Shown here: positions 10,228 to 20,817 of the stretch, in pieces
Numbering within the stretch: position 1 is the stretch's first letter
Layout: each line of letters begins with the position of its first letter
IMG/VR virus record: IMGVR_UViG_3300025158_000005
Reading direction: 5' to 3' (one strand)
Length of the DNA: 64,000 nucleotides
DNA from: a virus
Translations under genes and position numbers: made by a program
The notes under the pieces: generated by a model
What the model was told of the DNA's origin: nothing
Database searches by the model: none
The model's input: only the letters and a program-made list of their open reading frames with translations

Positions 10228-11865
10228 ATGATTAATTTATTTGGATGGCAGTTTGGAAAGAAGACAGCAACCGATGAAATCGAGTCGGTTGCTCATTCTA
10301 TTGTTGCACCGGATATTGATGACGGCACAATGCAAGTTTCCGCGGCCGCATCATATTACGGTTATTATGTTGATATGGATGGTACTGTCAAGGATGAAAT
10401 CCAAGCCATATCCAAATATCGTGAGATTTCTCTTTACCCAGAGGTCGATATCGCAATTCAGGATATCGTGAACGAAGCAATACCATACGAAGATGATTCG
10501 CCGTTGGTAGAAATCGCCTTGGACAGGTTGGAGGTGTCTGATCCCATAAAGGAAATAATAACCAACGAATTTAAGGGTGTCCTTTCTCTACTGAAATTTT
10601 CAGAGAAGGCCTCTGACCTTTTTCGCCGCTGGTATGTTGATGGTAGAATCTACTTTAACGTTCTAACTGGTAAAAATCAAAAAGACGGAATTTTAGAATT
10701 GCGTCCAATTGAATCAACAAAGATCAAGAAAGTCGCAGAAATATTGAAGGAAAAAGATCCTTCTGGTGTTGAAATCGTCAAGGGTGTGAAGGAGTATTAT
10801 CTTTATTCTCAGTCGGGTTTCGTTCAACAGCCTAATTTAGCGCAACAACAAAACAGTGCGCCACAAGCCGGCGCAAGATTATCGCAAGATTCTGTTATCT
10901 ATATTCCTTCTGGATTCATGGAACAGAATACTGGAGTAGTTCTAAGTTATTTGCAAAAGGCACTAAGACCTGCAAATCAACTGAGAATGTTGGAAGACGC
11001 GGTTGTTATTTACCGTATGTCTCGTGCGCCCGAGCGCAGAATATTTTATATTGACGTTGGTAACTTGCCTAAGGGTAAAGCAGAACAATACGTCAAAGAT
11101 ATTATGAATCGTTATCGTAATAAACTGGTATATGACACAAAGACTGGTGAAGTACGTGATGATAAGAAATATATGTCTATGATGGAAGATTTCTGGATGC
11201 CCCGGCGCGATGGTAATAAGGGCACAGAAATTACTACACTTCAAGGTGGACAAAATCTTGGCGAATTGGCTGACGTGGAATATTTCCAAAATAAATTATA
11301 TAATGCTCTAAATATTCCTATATCTAGAATGATGCCAGAAACTGGATTTAGTATGGGTCGTTCTACAGAGATATCGCGTGATGAGGTAAAGTTTCAGAAG
11401 TTCATCGGCAAGATTCGTCGTAAGTTCTCTGAACTGTTCTTTGAAATTCTACGTACTCAGTTGATTCTAAAGGGAATTATTGCTGAGGACGAATGGGACG
11501 AAATCAAAGAATCGATTACGTTTAGATTCCAGAAGGATAATTTCTTCGCCGAACTAAAGAATAACGAGATTTTGTTGCAACGTGTTCAGACCGCACAAGC
11601 AATGGACATGATGTTGGGCAAATACTTCTCAGTTGAGTGGGTCGCTAAGAACGTGTTCATGCAATCTGATGAAGAAATTAAAGAAATGCAACAACAGATG
11701 GCAGACGAATATGATACGCATCCTTGGTGGTTTACCGCAGAAGGAATGTATGAACAGCAACAACAAATGGCGTTGCAACAAAGCATGATGTCAATGCCAC
11801 CAGGGCAAGATGATTCATTACCACCGCAACAAGGTCAGGGAATGCCTGATCCAAGTCAACAATAA
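10228..11865 (+). CDS. gp20: Portal vertex protein gp20
   Basis: RRWYVDGR, RAPERRIFYIDVGNLPK and EDFWMPRR motifs. Confidence 0.97.
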   Translation: MINLFGWQFGKKTATDEIESVAHSIVAPDIDDGTMQVSAAASYYGYYVDMDGTVKDEIQAISKYREISLYPEVDIAIQDIVNEAIPYEDDSPLVEIALDRLEVSDPIKEIITNEFKGVLSLLKFSEKASDLFRRWYVDGRIYFNVLTGKNQKDGILELRPIESTKIKKVAEILKEKDPSGVEIVKGVKEYYLYSQSGFVQQPNLAQQQNSAPQAGARLSQDSVIYIPSGFMEQNTGVVLSYLQKALRPANQLRMLEDAVVIYRMSRAPERRIFYIDVGNLPKGKAEQYVKDIMNRYRNKLVYDTKTGEVRDDKKYMSMMEDFWMPRRDGNKGTEITTLQGGQNLGELADVEYFQNKLYNALNIPISRMMPETGFSMGRSTEISRDEVKFQKFIGKIRRKFSELFFEILRTQLILKGIIAEDEWDEIKESITFRFQKDNFFAELKNNEILLQRVQTAQAMDMMLGKYFSVEWVAKNVFMQSDEEIKEMQQQMADEYDTHPWWFTAEGMYEQQQQMALQQSMMSMPPGQDDSLPPQQGQGMPDPSQQ

Positions 11866-11879
11866 TTAGGAGTTTAGAA

Positions 11880-12680
11880 ATGACGATTCAAACGATGATT
11901 GACAATCTAATGGCTAAGAACAAGGAAGGGTTTGTTGACTCATTTCTTGCTGTAATGACGGAAAAAGTTGCGGAGGCACTTGACGTGAAGCGCGAAGAAA
12001 TTGGCGCTACCATGTTTCAAAAGGAAGGACTAGAAGGTTATTCGAAAGATGACCTTGAAGAAGGCACGAAAGCCGTAATGCGAGTCGGTTTTGACCCAGC
12101 CAATCATGCAGAACGACTAATGAAAGCAGATTATTTCCAGTCAAATCACTTCGATTATGGAGTTCGTTCCGCTAAGAAGCGTCTTGAAAAGGGCACTTTC
12201 GATCCTCAGCGGAATTTGAAGATGGGAGAAAACCTATCAAAGGTCGGCGAGTTTAGACTTGGTGATAAGACTAAACTGAATGCAGAAGAACACCGTCAGG
12301 TTGGTGTACATTTGGCTAAGAAGATTGAAGATGCTATCGGTTACAAGCGCCCGACCAATGAAAACTTTGAACAATCTATCACAGCCCGCCAAGGCACTAC
12401 CGGTATAAAAATGTCGGCCAGAGATCACGCTATCAACATGCCAGGTCGTCTAGTCAAAGGTAAGTCTTATGGTGCACAAGTAAAAACTGATGAATTGGGT
12501 GATGAAGTTTACGATGAACCAAAAGCAGAAGCTCCAGTAAAGCGTGGTCGTGGTCGCCCTTCAAAGGCAACCGAACACGGCGGCAAGAACTTTGATTCGT
12601 CTGCAATTGCTGACTTGTTGAAGCAAAAGATGGGCGCATTACCTAAGGTCAAAAAGTCTACAAAGTACAAAGGAGCATAA
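11880..12680 (+). CDS. Prohead core protein, gp67-like N-terminus with a basic extension containing an AT-hook
   Basis: F..VM.EKV.EALD.KR.EI..MF gp67-like start directly after the portal; KRGRGRPSK near the C-terminus. Confidence 0.6.
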   Translation: MTIQTMIDNLMAKNKEGFVDSFLAVMTEKVAEALDVKREEIGATMFQKEGLEGYSKDDLEEGTKAVMRVGFDPANHAERLMKADYFQSNHFDYGVRSAKKRLEKGTFDPQRNLKMGENLSKVGEFRLGDKTKLNAEEHRQVGVHLAKKIEDAIGYKRPTNENFEQSITARQGTTGIKMSARDHAINMPGRLVKGKSYGAQVKTDELGDEVYDEPKAEAPVKRGRGRPSKATEHGGKNFDSSAIADLLKQKMGALPKVKKSTKYKGA

Positions 12681-12682
12681 TC

Positions 12683-13807
12683 ATGCCTAAGGCACTTTAT
12701 GAAACGTTCAACATGGTATCGGGGGGGATAAGATATAAGTTCTATCATCCTGAACATGGTGGATTAATTACTTCACAACCTGCCGAGTGGGGAAAAACCT
12801 CAAATGCAGTTAAGTCTATGCAGACTGCTGCAAAAAATCTAGGTAAATCCATCATAGTCAAGGATGTCTCAGGAAAGCATGTTGCAAACATTCATGCAGA
12901 TGGTTGGAAAGACTTGACTGAGGAAGTTGAACTTGAGGAAGGTTCCGCTTTCGTCGGTAACGTGTATCGTGATGGTACTTTCCATAAAGCATGGAAAGAT
13001 GCTAATGGAGAAGTGGTTGTTAAGAATACAAAAACTGGTGAAGAACATCGTGGTAAGAATCTCGAAGACCTTGAGAAGCATGGTTACTCACAGATGCATA
13101 GTGAAGAACATACTCCCGATGATGAAAAGAAGAAGATTCTATTCAACATACGCATTGCTTCAACGGAACACTATCCAACAAAACATTTGAATCATGCTGA
13201 TCCTGAAATTGCGAAAGCAGCTAAAGAAAAGCTGGAATATATTAAAAATTCCCGCGAAAATTCTGCATATATGAATAACCCAGATAAAGAGTTTGGTATG
13301 AATGAATCTCACGTCGGCTTCGCCACGCTCGCTGCCAAAGTAGGACCAAGGGTCGCTGCATATATTGGCGACAAGAAGTATGGTAAGAAGAAGATGGAAA
13401 AGGCTGCTGAAGAATATCCGACGTTGACTGACTCCATCAAGTCCGCTCTTGCTCTAAAGATGTTGAAGAAAGAACTTATCTCCGAAGGTTTTGCCGAGAC
13501 AAATACTGTTGTTACCGGCAACAATTCCGGCGTTTACTTCTTCAATGAAGAAACAAAGGAAAACGTTGTGATTCGTGGTGGTATTGTCATGTCTCTGGAC
13601 GAAGCAAAAGAAAAACTCGACTCTATTACCGCGAAATCAATTCTTAGTCAACATGGTGACAAAGATTTTTATCAACTGTCTTCAAGTGCAGTTCATTCTC
13701 TTTTGACACATGCCAAGAAATACGGATATCGTAAGTCGAAATATGCTTCTGGTTCCACTGCCAGAATGTTTCATCAACATCTAAAGCGTCTTGCAAACAA
13801 GGAATAA
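12683..13807 (+). CDS. Prohead core / internal protein in the gp68 slot
   Basis: Lys/Glu/His-rich mosaic with repeated I/L/V-x-E sites (LTEEVELEE, MNE, ISE, LDE); lies between portal and protease. Confidence 0.5.
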   Translation: MPKALYETFNMVSGGIRYKFYHPEHGGLITSQPAEWGKTSNAVKSMQTAAKNLGKSIIVKDVSGKHVANIHADGWKDLTEEVELEEGSAFVGNVYRDGTFHKAWKDANGEVVVKNTKTGEEHRGKNLEDLEKHGYSQMHSEEHTPDDEKKKILFNIRIASTEHYPTKHLNHADPEIAKAAKEKLEYIKNSRENSAYMNNPDKEFGMNESHVGFATLAAKVGPRVAAYIGDKKYGKKKMEKAAEEYPTLTDSIKSALALKMLKKELISEGFAETNTVVTGNNSGVYFFNEETKENVVIRGGIVMSLDEAKEKLDSITAKSILSQHGDKDFYQLSSSAVHSLLTHAKKYGYRKSKYASGSTARMFHQHLKRLANKE

Positions 13808-13809
13808 AA

Positions 13810-14358
13810 ATGACTCAATTAGTTTATTTTACTCAAACATTCACGCCCACAGAGGTTACTCTCGCCGGCGGAGTCCTTACGTTCGGTTTTGCAACTAATC
13901 ATTTGCTGACTACTGGGCAAACAATTAAAGTGCAGTGGATTGGTTCTCCAGTAGCATTCACAACCACTGTTGCATCCACTCCAACAGGGACATCATTAAC
14001 TGCTAACGTACCATCAACTGGAAACGGACCCATTGGACCTAATCCAAAAATCGACTGTTTTGTGACTGCTTCATATTACACAACAGGATTTACTGGTGCT
14101 ACAGCGGCTGTATCGTATAAAAATAATTCTACTCGCCCCGGAGTGGTCCAATCCTACGTTACTGGAACTGGTGGCGCTGCTTATACTCTACAAATTAGTT
14201 TGGATGGGTCTCACTGGATTAATATAAATACTATAACACATTCATCGGTTACCGACGATACTCAGTATACGATTATTGACCCTACCATAAATTTTGTCAG
14301 AGCATCAATCACTAGTATTGGTGCAGCAACTCAGTTAACAATAATGCAAGCGTCATAA
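13810..14358 (+). CDS. Hypothetical virion protein
   Basis: 182 aa, Thr-rich beta protein; LQISLDG..W motif seen in head-associated phage proteins. Confidence 0.45.
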   Translation: MTQLVYFTQTFTPTEVTLAGGVLTFGFATNHLLTTGQTIKVQWIGSPVAFTTTVASTPTGTSLTANVPSTGNGPIGPNPKIDCFVTASYYTTGFTGATAAVSYKNNSTRPGVVQSYVTGTGGAAYTLQISLDGSHWININTITHSSVTDDTQYTIIDPTINFVRASITSIGAATQLTIMQAS

Positions 14359-14373
14359 GAAGGAATATCCATA

Positions 14374-14860
14374 ATGAGTTTACAACAATTTGTTTCAGGA
14401 AGTAACTGGTCGCCGTGACTCGTCCATCCGATACTACAGCATATGCCGCTGGCGACGTGGTTGGCCCGCCTGGTGGTGGTTCTGATGTGAGACGTTTGCG
14501 AGCATTGGCGCAGTCAATGGCACGTTCATGTGACCGACGTGTTGCTGCGCATTTTTGCCACCTCAGTCCCTAGCGGCATGACTAATTTTCGCCCCCACTT
14601 GTGCAGTGCGTCACCCGCGTCAGCGTATTCGGATAATGCGGCATGGGTTGCCTGATGGCTACGCCGGCTACATCGGCTACATTGACCTGCCAACAATGGC
14701 AGTCAACGGCAGTTCGCTGTACGCGCAAATCAGTCAGATCAACAAAGTTATCGAACTGGATGCGTCTGGCAATTGCTATGGTTATCTGGTCACGACTGGC
14801 GATGATTGGGCTGACGAGGGTAATACCAAGTGCTGTTCAATAACCCTCGCAGATTACTGA
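14374..14860 (+). pseudogene. Frameshifted GC-rich phage structural-type gene
   Basis: Coding pieces in different frames: VTRPSDTTAYAAGDVVG / TDVLLRIF..FRPHL..SDNAAW / YIGYIDL..YGYLVT; RBS and ATG at 14374; ~55% GC. Confidence 0.6.
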
Positions 14861-14947
14861 TCGGGCTGCTGTTCTGGTTCGTGCGGCTAGGCGATTCTCG
14901 AACTCACAAGGCTTCAGTGCAATAACTCCATAATTAGGTAATTATAA

Positions 14948-15586
14948 ATGAAACTCATATCAGAACTATCAGAAGAAGTACAGACGATTACCGAATCTAT
15001 CGGCGGTAAGAAAACATATTTTATTGAGGGCATCTTTACTGGAACTGCACCAAACAGAAATCAACGTATATATAATGAATCAGTTCTAAATGGAGCTTTA
15101 AAGAAGTTTCAGCCGATTATCGAAGCTAAACGTGCCATGGGTGAATTAAATCATCCTGCTGGACCAACGATTAATCTTGATCGAGTATCCCATCTTATTG
15201 AATATATGAAATGGGATTCTAATGGTAAAGACGTTCTAGGTCGAGCAAAGATTCTAGACACGCCAATGGGCAAGATTGCTCAAAATCTTTTGGAAGGCGG
15301 TGCCCAACTTGGAGTTTCTACTCGCGGTTTGGGTTCGATCAAACAACTCGGTAATGGATTATCAGAGGTTCAAAGTGATTATACGATGAATACAGTTGAT
15401 ATTGTTGGCGACCCCTCATATTCCCAAGCACTGGTAAATGGTCTTCTTGAAGGGCGTGAATGGGTAATATCCAAAACAGGTGAGATTGAAGAAATTACAA
15501 TAGAACAACTGAAAAAGAAAAAAATCACAGAAGAACGTAAATTAGCGGCATTCAAATTTTTCGTCGAGTCTTTACTAAGAGAATAG
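14948..15586 (+). CDS. gp21: Prohead protease gp21
   Basis: NRNQRIY, GELNHP, ILDTPMG, GVSTRGLGS and DIVGDPS motifs. Confidence 0.96.
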   Translation: MKLISELSEEVQTITESIGGKKTYFIEGIFTGTAPNRNQRIYNESVLNGALKKFQPIIEAKRAMGELNHPAGPTINLDRVSHLIEYMKWDSNGKDVLGRAKILDTPMGKIAQNLLEGGAQLGVSTRGLGSIKQLGNGLSEVQSDYTMNTVDIVGDPSYSQALVNGLLEGREWVISKTGEIEEITIEQLKKKKITEERKLAAFKFFVESLLRE

Positions 15587-15587
15587 A

Positions 15588-15664
15588 GTAACATGTCCTT
15601 ATTGCGGCAAGCTTGCGGCAAACCAGTTATGATTAGATATCATTTTGATATGTGTAAATATAAG
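15588..15664 (+). pseudogene. Relic of a homing-endonuclease C-terminal Zn finger
   Basis: VTCPYCGK then, in a shifted frame, KPVMIRYHFDMCKYK, resembling the CPxC...M.R.HFDNCK tails of free-standing phage HEGs. Confidence 0.5.
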
Positions 15665-15745
15665 GATGTAGAAAATAATATTGATGAATATAGTGAGCAA
15701 AATCGCAGTTGTACTAAATAATATTACGAATTATAGGAGTTGTAA

Positions 15746-16738
15746 ATGAGTCTCGAATCAAAAATTAAAGACTTGCTGGAAGGCAAGAAGCTGCCAGGAG
15801 TTTCAAACGATGAAGCATCCCAAGAAGGTGCTGTATCCGATGAATCTGTAGACAAAGGCGCCCAAGCCGCTTCCGACAATGCAAAGGCCGAAACAGGCAA
15901 GTCAAAGAAGCTAGATAACGGAACTATGGATACAAGTGATCCTGCTGGTGGCGGTCAAGACGGGCAAACAAAGTCCGACAATGCAAAGATCGATGCTGGT
16001 AAGTCAAAGAAACTTGGTAACTCAGTTAAAGAACATATGGACGCACTTTCTTTTGGTGAAGACCTCTCAGAAGACTTCATGGTCAAAGCAGCAACGATCA
16101 TGGAAGCGGCAATTGCCGAAGGTGTTGAACAAGAATTGAATCGTCTAGATGAAGAATATGCTCAACGTCTTGACGAGGCAGTAGACGCAGTAAGGGATGA
16201 GTTAGTTGAAAATATTGATGGATACATGACCGAGGCAATTAACACTTGGTTGGAAGCGAACGAATTGGCCCTTGAACGCGGTATTAAAGGTGAAATCATT
16301 GAAAACTTTATTGATGGATTGAAGAATTTATTCACTGAGCATTACATTGATGTACCTGAGGAAAAGTTGGACATTCTAGATGAACAAGCAAGCGAAATCG
16401 AAGAACTGACCGCTGCCCTTGATGAATCTGTTTCTACTATGGCGAACATGGAACAAGAGATTGTTACATTGAAGCGCGCAAACATTGTAGAGAATGTAGG
16501 GTCAACACTGACAGCAACAGAGAAAGACAAGTTTGTTGGTTTGTGCGAAGGTCTTACCTTTGAATCAGCAGAGACTTTTGAACAAAAGGTCAAAACAATA
16601 AAGGAAAGTCATTTCCCCAAGACTAAAAAGGCAACCGTAATTGCTGAGTCGGATACTCCAGTTCAATCCGTTGAATTGAATAACACGATGGCAGCATACG
16701 TAAACGTCCTTTCTGGTCCTCTATCATTCAAGCGTTAA
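15746..16738 (+). CDS. gp22: Prohead scaffold/core protein gp22
   Basis: LSEDF..KA.TI.EAA and F..GLK.LF.EHYIDVPEEK motifs; directly before gp23. Confidence 0.93.
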   Translation: MSLESKIKDLLEGKKLPGVSNDEASQEGAVSDESVDKGAQAASDNAKAETGKSKKLDNGTMDTSDPAGGGQDGQTKSDNAKIDAGKSKKLGNSVKEHMDALSFGEDLSEDFMVKAATIMEAAIAEGVEQELNRLDEEYAQRLDEAVDAVRDELVENIDGYMTEAINTWLEANELALERGIKGEIIENFIDGLKNLFTEHYIDVPEEKLDILDEQASEIEELTAALDESVSTMANMEQEIVTLKRANIVENVGSTLTATEKDKFVGLCEGLTFESAETFEQKVKTIKESHFPKTKKATVIAESDTPVQSVELNNTMAAYVNVLSGPLSFKR

Positions 16739-16768
16739 TTATAAACACAAAGAAAAGGAAGTAACAAA

Positions 16769-18115
16769 ATGAAACTAACTCCTCAACAACTCCAAGAAAA
16801 GTGGGCGCCAGTCATTGACCACAGTGACATGCCCGAAATCAAGGATCCTTACCGTCGTGCTGTTACAGCTATCTGTCTTGAGAACCAAGAACAGGCTATC
16901 CGTGAAGAACGCGAAACCCTTAACGAAAACGGCACTGCTGGTATTGCTCCTGGTAACATTACCGGTAACGTTGGTAAGTTTGACCCAGTGCTTATCGGTC
17001 TAGTTCGTCGTGCAATGCCTATGCTGATTGCATATGACCTGTGCGGTGTTCAACCTATGAATCTGCCTACTGGCTTGGTCTTTGCTCTGAAATCGCGTTA
17101 TGGCGATCAAAGCACGATTTCTGCTGGTACAGAAGCATTGTATCAAGAAGCTAACTCTGCTTACTCCGGTGGTGAATTCGCTGCTCAAGCAACTAGCAAT
17201 ACCCCTTGGGATACTACTACTGGCTACACCGCTGGTACGTCAGGTATCAACGACGGAACTGGTTCAGGTGTCAATATCAACACAACGTTGGCTATGTCTA
17301 CGACTGCTGCTGAAGGTGTTATTCCTGCTACCATGGGCTTCACCATAGAGAAGCACACCGTGACCGCCCAGTCACGTGCTTTGAAGGCTGAATACTCAAT
17401 CGAATTGGCACAAGACCTTAAGGCTGTTCATGGTCTGGATGCTGAGGCTGAACTGAGCAACATTCTGTCCCGTGAAATCACCGCAGAAATCAACCGTGAA
17501 GTTATCCGTAAGATTTACACCATCGCTATGCCTGGCGCTGACTACGGTACTACCAACGCTGGCACATTTGACCTTGACACCGACGCAAATGGTCGTTGGT
17601 CAGTTGAACGCTTCAAGGGTATGCTGTTCCAAATCGAACGTGATGCTAACCGTATCGCAGAAATCACCCGTCGTGGTCGTGGTAACATGCTTCTGTGTTC
17701 CGCCGACGTTGCATCTGCTCTGACAATGGCTGGTATGCTGGACTACGCTCCTGCTATCTCTGCTAATCTGACAGTTGATGAAGCAAGCACAACATTCGCT
17801 GGTGTTCTAAATGGCAAGTACAAGGTTTATATCGACCCGTACATGTCAAATGGTTCATCGAATCAGTATTACCTAGTTGGTTATAAGGGTTCTTCTCCTT
17901 ATGACGCTGGTATGTTCTACTGCCCATACGTTCCGCTGCAAATGCTTCGCGCAGTTGATCCTAACACCTTCCAACCTAAGATCGGTTTCAAGACGAGATA
18001 CGGTATGGTTGGCAACCCACTGGCTGGCGCCGATGCAGACTCTCTGGGTAACGTTGGCATGGCTGCTCAGAAGAATGGTTACTATCGCATGACCAAGGTC
18101 GCTAACCTGACCTAA
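16769..18115 (+). CDS. gp23: Major capsid protein gp23
   Basis: KWAPV, LIAYDLCGVQPM, SRALKAEYSIELAQDLKAVHGLDAE and FQPKIGFKTRYG motifs. Confidence 0.98.
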   Translation: MKLTPQQLQEKWAPVIDHSDMPEIKDPYRRAVTAICLENQEQAIREERETLNENGTAGIAPGNITGNVGKFDPVLIGLVRRAMPMLIAYDLCGVQPMNLPTGLVFALKSRYGDQSTISAGTEALYQEANSAYSGGEFAAQATSNTPWDTTTGYTAGTSGINDGTGSGVNINTTLAMSTTAAEGVIPATMGFTIEKHTVTAQSRALKAEYSIELAQDLKAVHGLDAEAELSNILSREITAEINREVIRKIYTIAMPGADYGTTNAGTFDLDTDANGRWSVERFKGMLFQIERDANRIAEITRRGRGNMLLCSADVASALTMAGMLDYAPAISANLTVDEASTTFAGVLNGKYKVYIDPYMSNGSSNQYYLVGYKGSSPYDAGMFYCPYVPLQMLRAVDPNTFQPKIGFKTRYGMVGNPLAGADADSLGNVGMAAQKNGYYRMTKVANLT

Positions 18116-18143
18116 TAAGTAAAAGTAGTTTGGATGTATTTGA

Positions 18144-18170
18144 GGGGGAGCCTATAGGCTCCCCTTTTAT
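18144..18170 (+). terminator. Rho-independent terminator after gp23
   Basis: ggggagcc-tata-ggctcccc followed by a T tract. Confidence 0.85.
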
Positions 18171-18199
18171 TTGACAATATTAAACATATGTGTTAATAT
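18171..18199 (+). promoter_or_regulatory. sigma70-type promoter for the Hef-like gene
   Basis: TTGACA-N17-TAATAT. Confidence 0.6.
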
Positions 18200-18226
18200 A
18201 GACGTGATAAATAAACACTAATTAAT

Positions 18227-19645
18227 ATGACAGAACATTCTTGGTACACCTCAGTTTATCCAAAAACACCAACTAATTTCCTAGAGTTTTTGGAACGGAA
18301 TTCGATAACAGAAGAAAACTGCCCGACTTGTCCTGTATGCGGCAAATATGCATCTTATGACAAGTCGTATTCTGATAAATTTATAAAATACTGCTCCGAT
18401 GCTTGTTCAAAAAAACATGGAAGATTGTCTGATGATCAAAGAACAAAACTTAGCGACAAATCATGGTTATACGAACAAAGAATCACACTTAAAAGAACGT
18501 ATGACTCAATTGCTAATGAGTTAGGCTTATCAGTTATTCCGATAAAGAAATACTGTAAGATTCATGATATACCTAAAGTGAGATATAATGAATCTTTATA
18601 CTCGGTAAAACAAAAAGTTCTTGATTATGAATGGTTATATCATGAGCATAAAGTAAAACATAGAACTTTAGATGAGATTGCAAAAGACGTAGGAACAACA
18701 AAATCCACCTTGTCGGTCTACTTAAAAAAACACAAAATTGAAGCAAATTCCCCAAATTCTTATGATCGGGAATTTACCAGAGAATCTAAACAACAAAAAG
18801 AAGTCAATGATTTTATCAAATCTCTTGGATTTTCAACAAAAACTGGAGATAGAAAATTGCTTGGTAATGGTCAAGAATTAGATATTGTCGTTGAAAGTAA
18901 AAAGATTGCATTTGAGTTTAATGGTGTGTTTCATCATCTGTATAGACAAAATGAAAAATCCGTTTCTGCCAGAAAAGACTCTAACTATCATTTGAATAAA
19001 ACGGTACTTGCTGAAAAGTCTGGTTATAAATTATTTCACTTATTTTCTGATGATTGGTCATACAATACTAATGTAGTCAAATCAATAATAGCATCAAAGT
19101 TGGGTATCTATACCGATAGATTATACGCTAAAAATTGTGATGTAAAACAAATAGACAAGCAAACTAAGCAAACGTTTTTAAAAGAAAATCATATTCAAGG
19201 CAGTGATTTTTCGTCGTTTTTTTATGGTTTATTTTATAAAAATGATCTAGTTTGTGTGATGACTTTTTGTAAATCGAGATATAACAAAAAATTTGATTGG
19301 GAATTGAGTAGATTTGCTACCAAAAAGAACACTCAGGTTGTTGGAGGATTTTCTAAATTACTTCAATCTTTTAGAAAAGACCACTCGGGGTCGATAATTT
19401 CTTACGCAGATAGATGTTTGTCTTTTGGTGATGTATATCAGTCAAATGGTTTTGAATTGATAAAGATTAATCCTCCTAGTTACTGGTACGTCAATATAAA
19501 AGAACAACATGTACGAATGCATAGGGCAGCATTTATGAAGAAAAAAATCGCTCCAAATGATAATCGCCCTGAATGGATTATTTTGAAAGAACGTGGCATA
19601 GAGAGAATATGGGGCTGTGGCACCCTAACTTTTGGCATTCGATAA
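18227..19645 (+). mobile_element. Hef-like free-standing homing endonuclease
   Basis: N-terminal Zn finger and HTH repeats; Vsr/DUF559-like ELDIVV..KIAFEFNG..H; C-terminal NHIQG..ELSRF..GGFSKL; AT-rich. Confidence 0.75.
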
Positions 19646-19669
19646 ATACACAACATGTGAGGTCAACAA

Positions 19670-19867
19670 ATGAGCATAGACAAATATCTAGATGTATTGA
19701 GTAGCACTGACAGAATAAACACACAAGAAGTATCAGAAGCAGATATCGCAGCCTTTGCATCATCTTGGTTAGTAGAGAAGGGATATCCGGTCATTCACAC
19801 CGACTTTCACGATCTTCAACAAGATTTCCTAAACAAGAATTATCCAGCGAGACAAGAAAATGCCTGA
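19670..19867 (+). CDS. Hypothetical protein
   Basis: RBS gagg and a late TAAATA upstream; overlaps the gp3 start. Confidence 0.5.
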   Translation: MSIDKYLDVLSSTDRINTQEVSEADIAAFASSWLVEKGYPVIHTDFHDLQQDFLNKNYPARQENA

Positions 19868-20315
19868 TATAGGTTGCGAATACGATTTTAGTCTGTTTCA
19901 ACAAACTTCTTATCAACTGAATTTCAGTAAGATTCCGGGTGTACCCTTTTACTGTCATTCTATCGTGTTGCCCGAAATGGTGATGAACAGCGCATATATG
20001 GCAACTCGCTTTCACGATATTGCTTTGCCAGGTGAGAAGATAAAGTTTACTGATCTTACGGTTGAGATTCTGCTTGATAAGAATCTAACAACGTATCTCC
20101 AGATTTACAACTGGATGCGAAATCTATCAGTTTTGAATTCAATCAAGACAACTGATATGTCTAATTGTAACGTAACTGTTGGACCGAAGTCGTTTATCAT
20201 GAACGGAGTATATCCAATATCACTTCCTTCCATGACACTAAGATCGAATCCAACGGACGCTGATCCAATCACGTTTACGGCCGCATTCGCCGTTGAGTGG
20301 TTCGACATTCAGTAA
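19860..20315 (+). CDS. gp3: Tail completion protein gp3
   Basis: P.V.F.C..I.LP, PGEKIKF..L.V..LD.NL..Y.I.NW motifs; T4-like order gp23-gp3-uvsY-uvsW. Confidence 0.85.
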   Translation: MPDIGCEYDFSLFQQTSYQLNFSKIPGVPFYCHSIVLPEMVMNSAYMATRFHDIALPGEKIKFTDLTVEILLDKNLTTYLQIYNWMRNLSVLNSIKTTDMSNCNVTVGPKSFIMNGVYPISLPSMTLRSNPTDADPITFTAAFAVEWFDIQ

Positions 20316-20317
20316 AT

Positions 20318-20346
20318 TTGACTTCACCAAATTCATATAGTATTAT
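20318..20346 (+). promoter_or_regulatory. Early-type sigma70 promoter for uvsY
   Basis: TTGACT-N17-TATTAT. Confidence 0.6.
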
Positions 20347-20375
20347 GGTCATATGTGTAAAACTATGAACATACT

Positions 20376-20816
20376 ATGTCAAAAATTGAAGATATTCTAC
20401 TAGATTGGAAAGAGGACTCGAAGATAAATCAACTCAAAATTGCTGAGGAGATTGCTCGTGTTCCTTTTCTACATTCAAAGTACCTCGCATACTTTGTCGA
20501 ATTTCGCTCAAAACGGGCGGCGGCAATTCGTGCACTTAGTGCACTCAAGAATCTGAAACGCAGATACTACCGTGGCGAGTTTACTAAAAATGATCTCATT
20601 TATCACAACTGGCCGCAATGGCAAGGTCTAAAGCCAAACACCACAGAACTAAATCAATTATTTGAACAAGACGCTCAATTGAACGAAAAAGAGGAACGTC
20701 TTGAGTATTACAATACTTCATTGAGTACGATTGAATATATCATGAAGGAAATTAACTCGAGAGGATATTCACTAAAAACATTGTTCGATTACCAGAAGTT
20801 CATGGAGGGAAATTGA
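20376..20816 (+). CDS. uvsY: Recombination mediator UvsY
   Basis: W.EDSKI, P.LHSKYL, YY.G and I..RGY.LK motifs. Confidence 0.88.
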   Translation: MSKIEDILLDWKEDSKINQLKIAEEIARVPFLHSKYLAYFVEFRSKRAAAIRALSALKNLKRRYYRGEFTKNDLIYHNWPQWQGLKPNTTELNQLFEQDAQLNEKEERLEYYNTSLSTIEYIMKEINSRGYSLKTLFDYQKFMEGN

Positions 20817-20817
20817 T

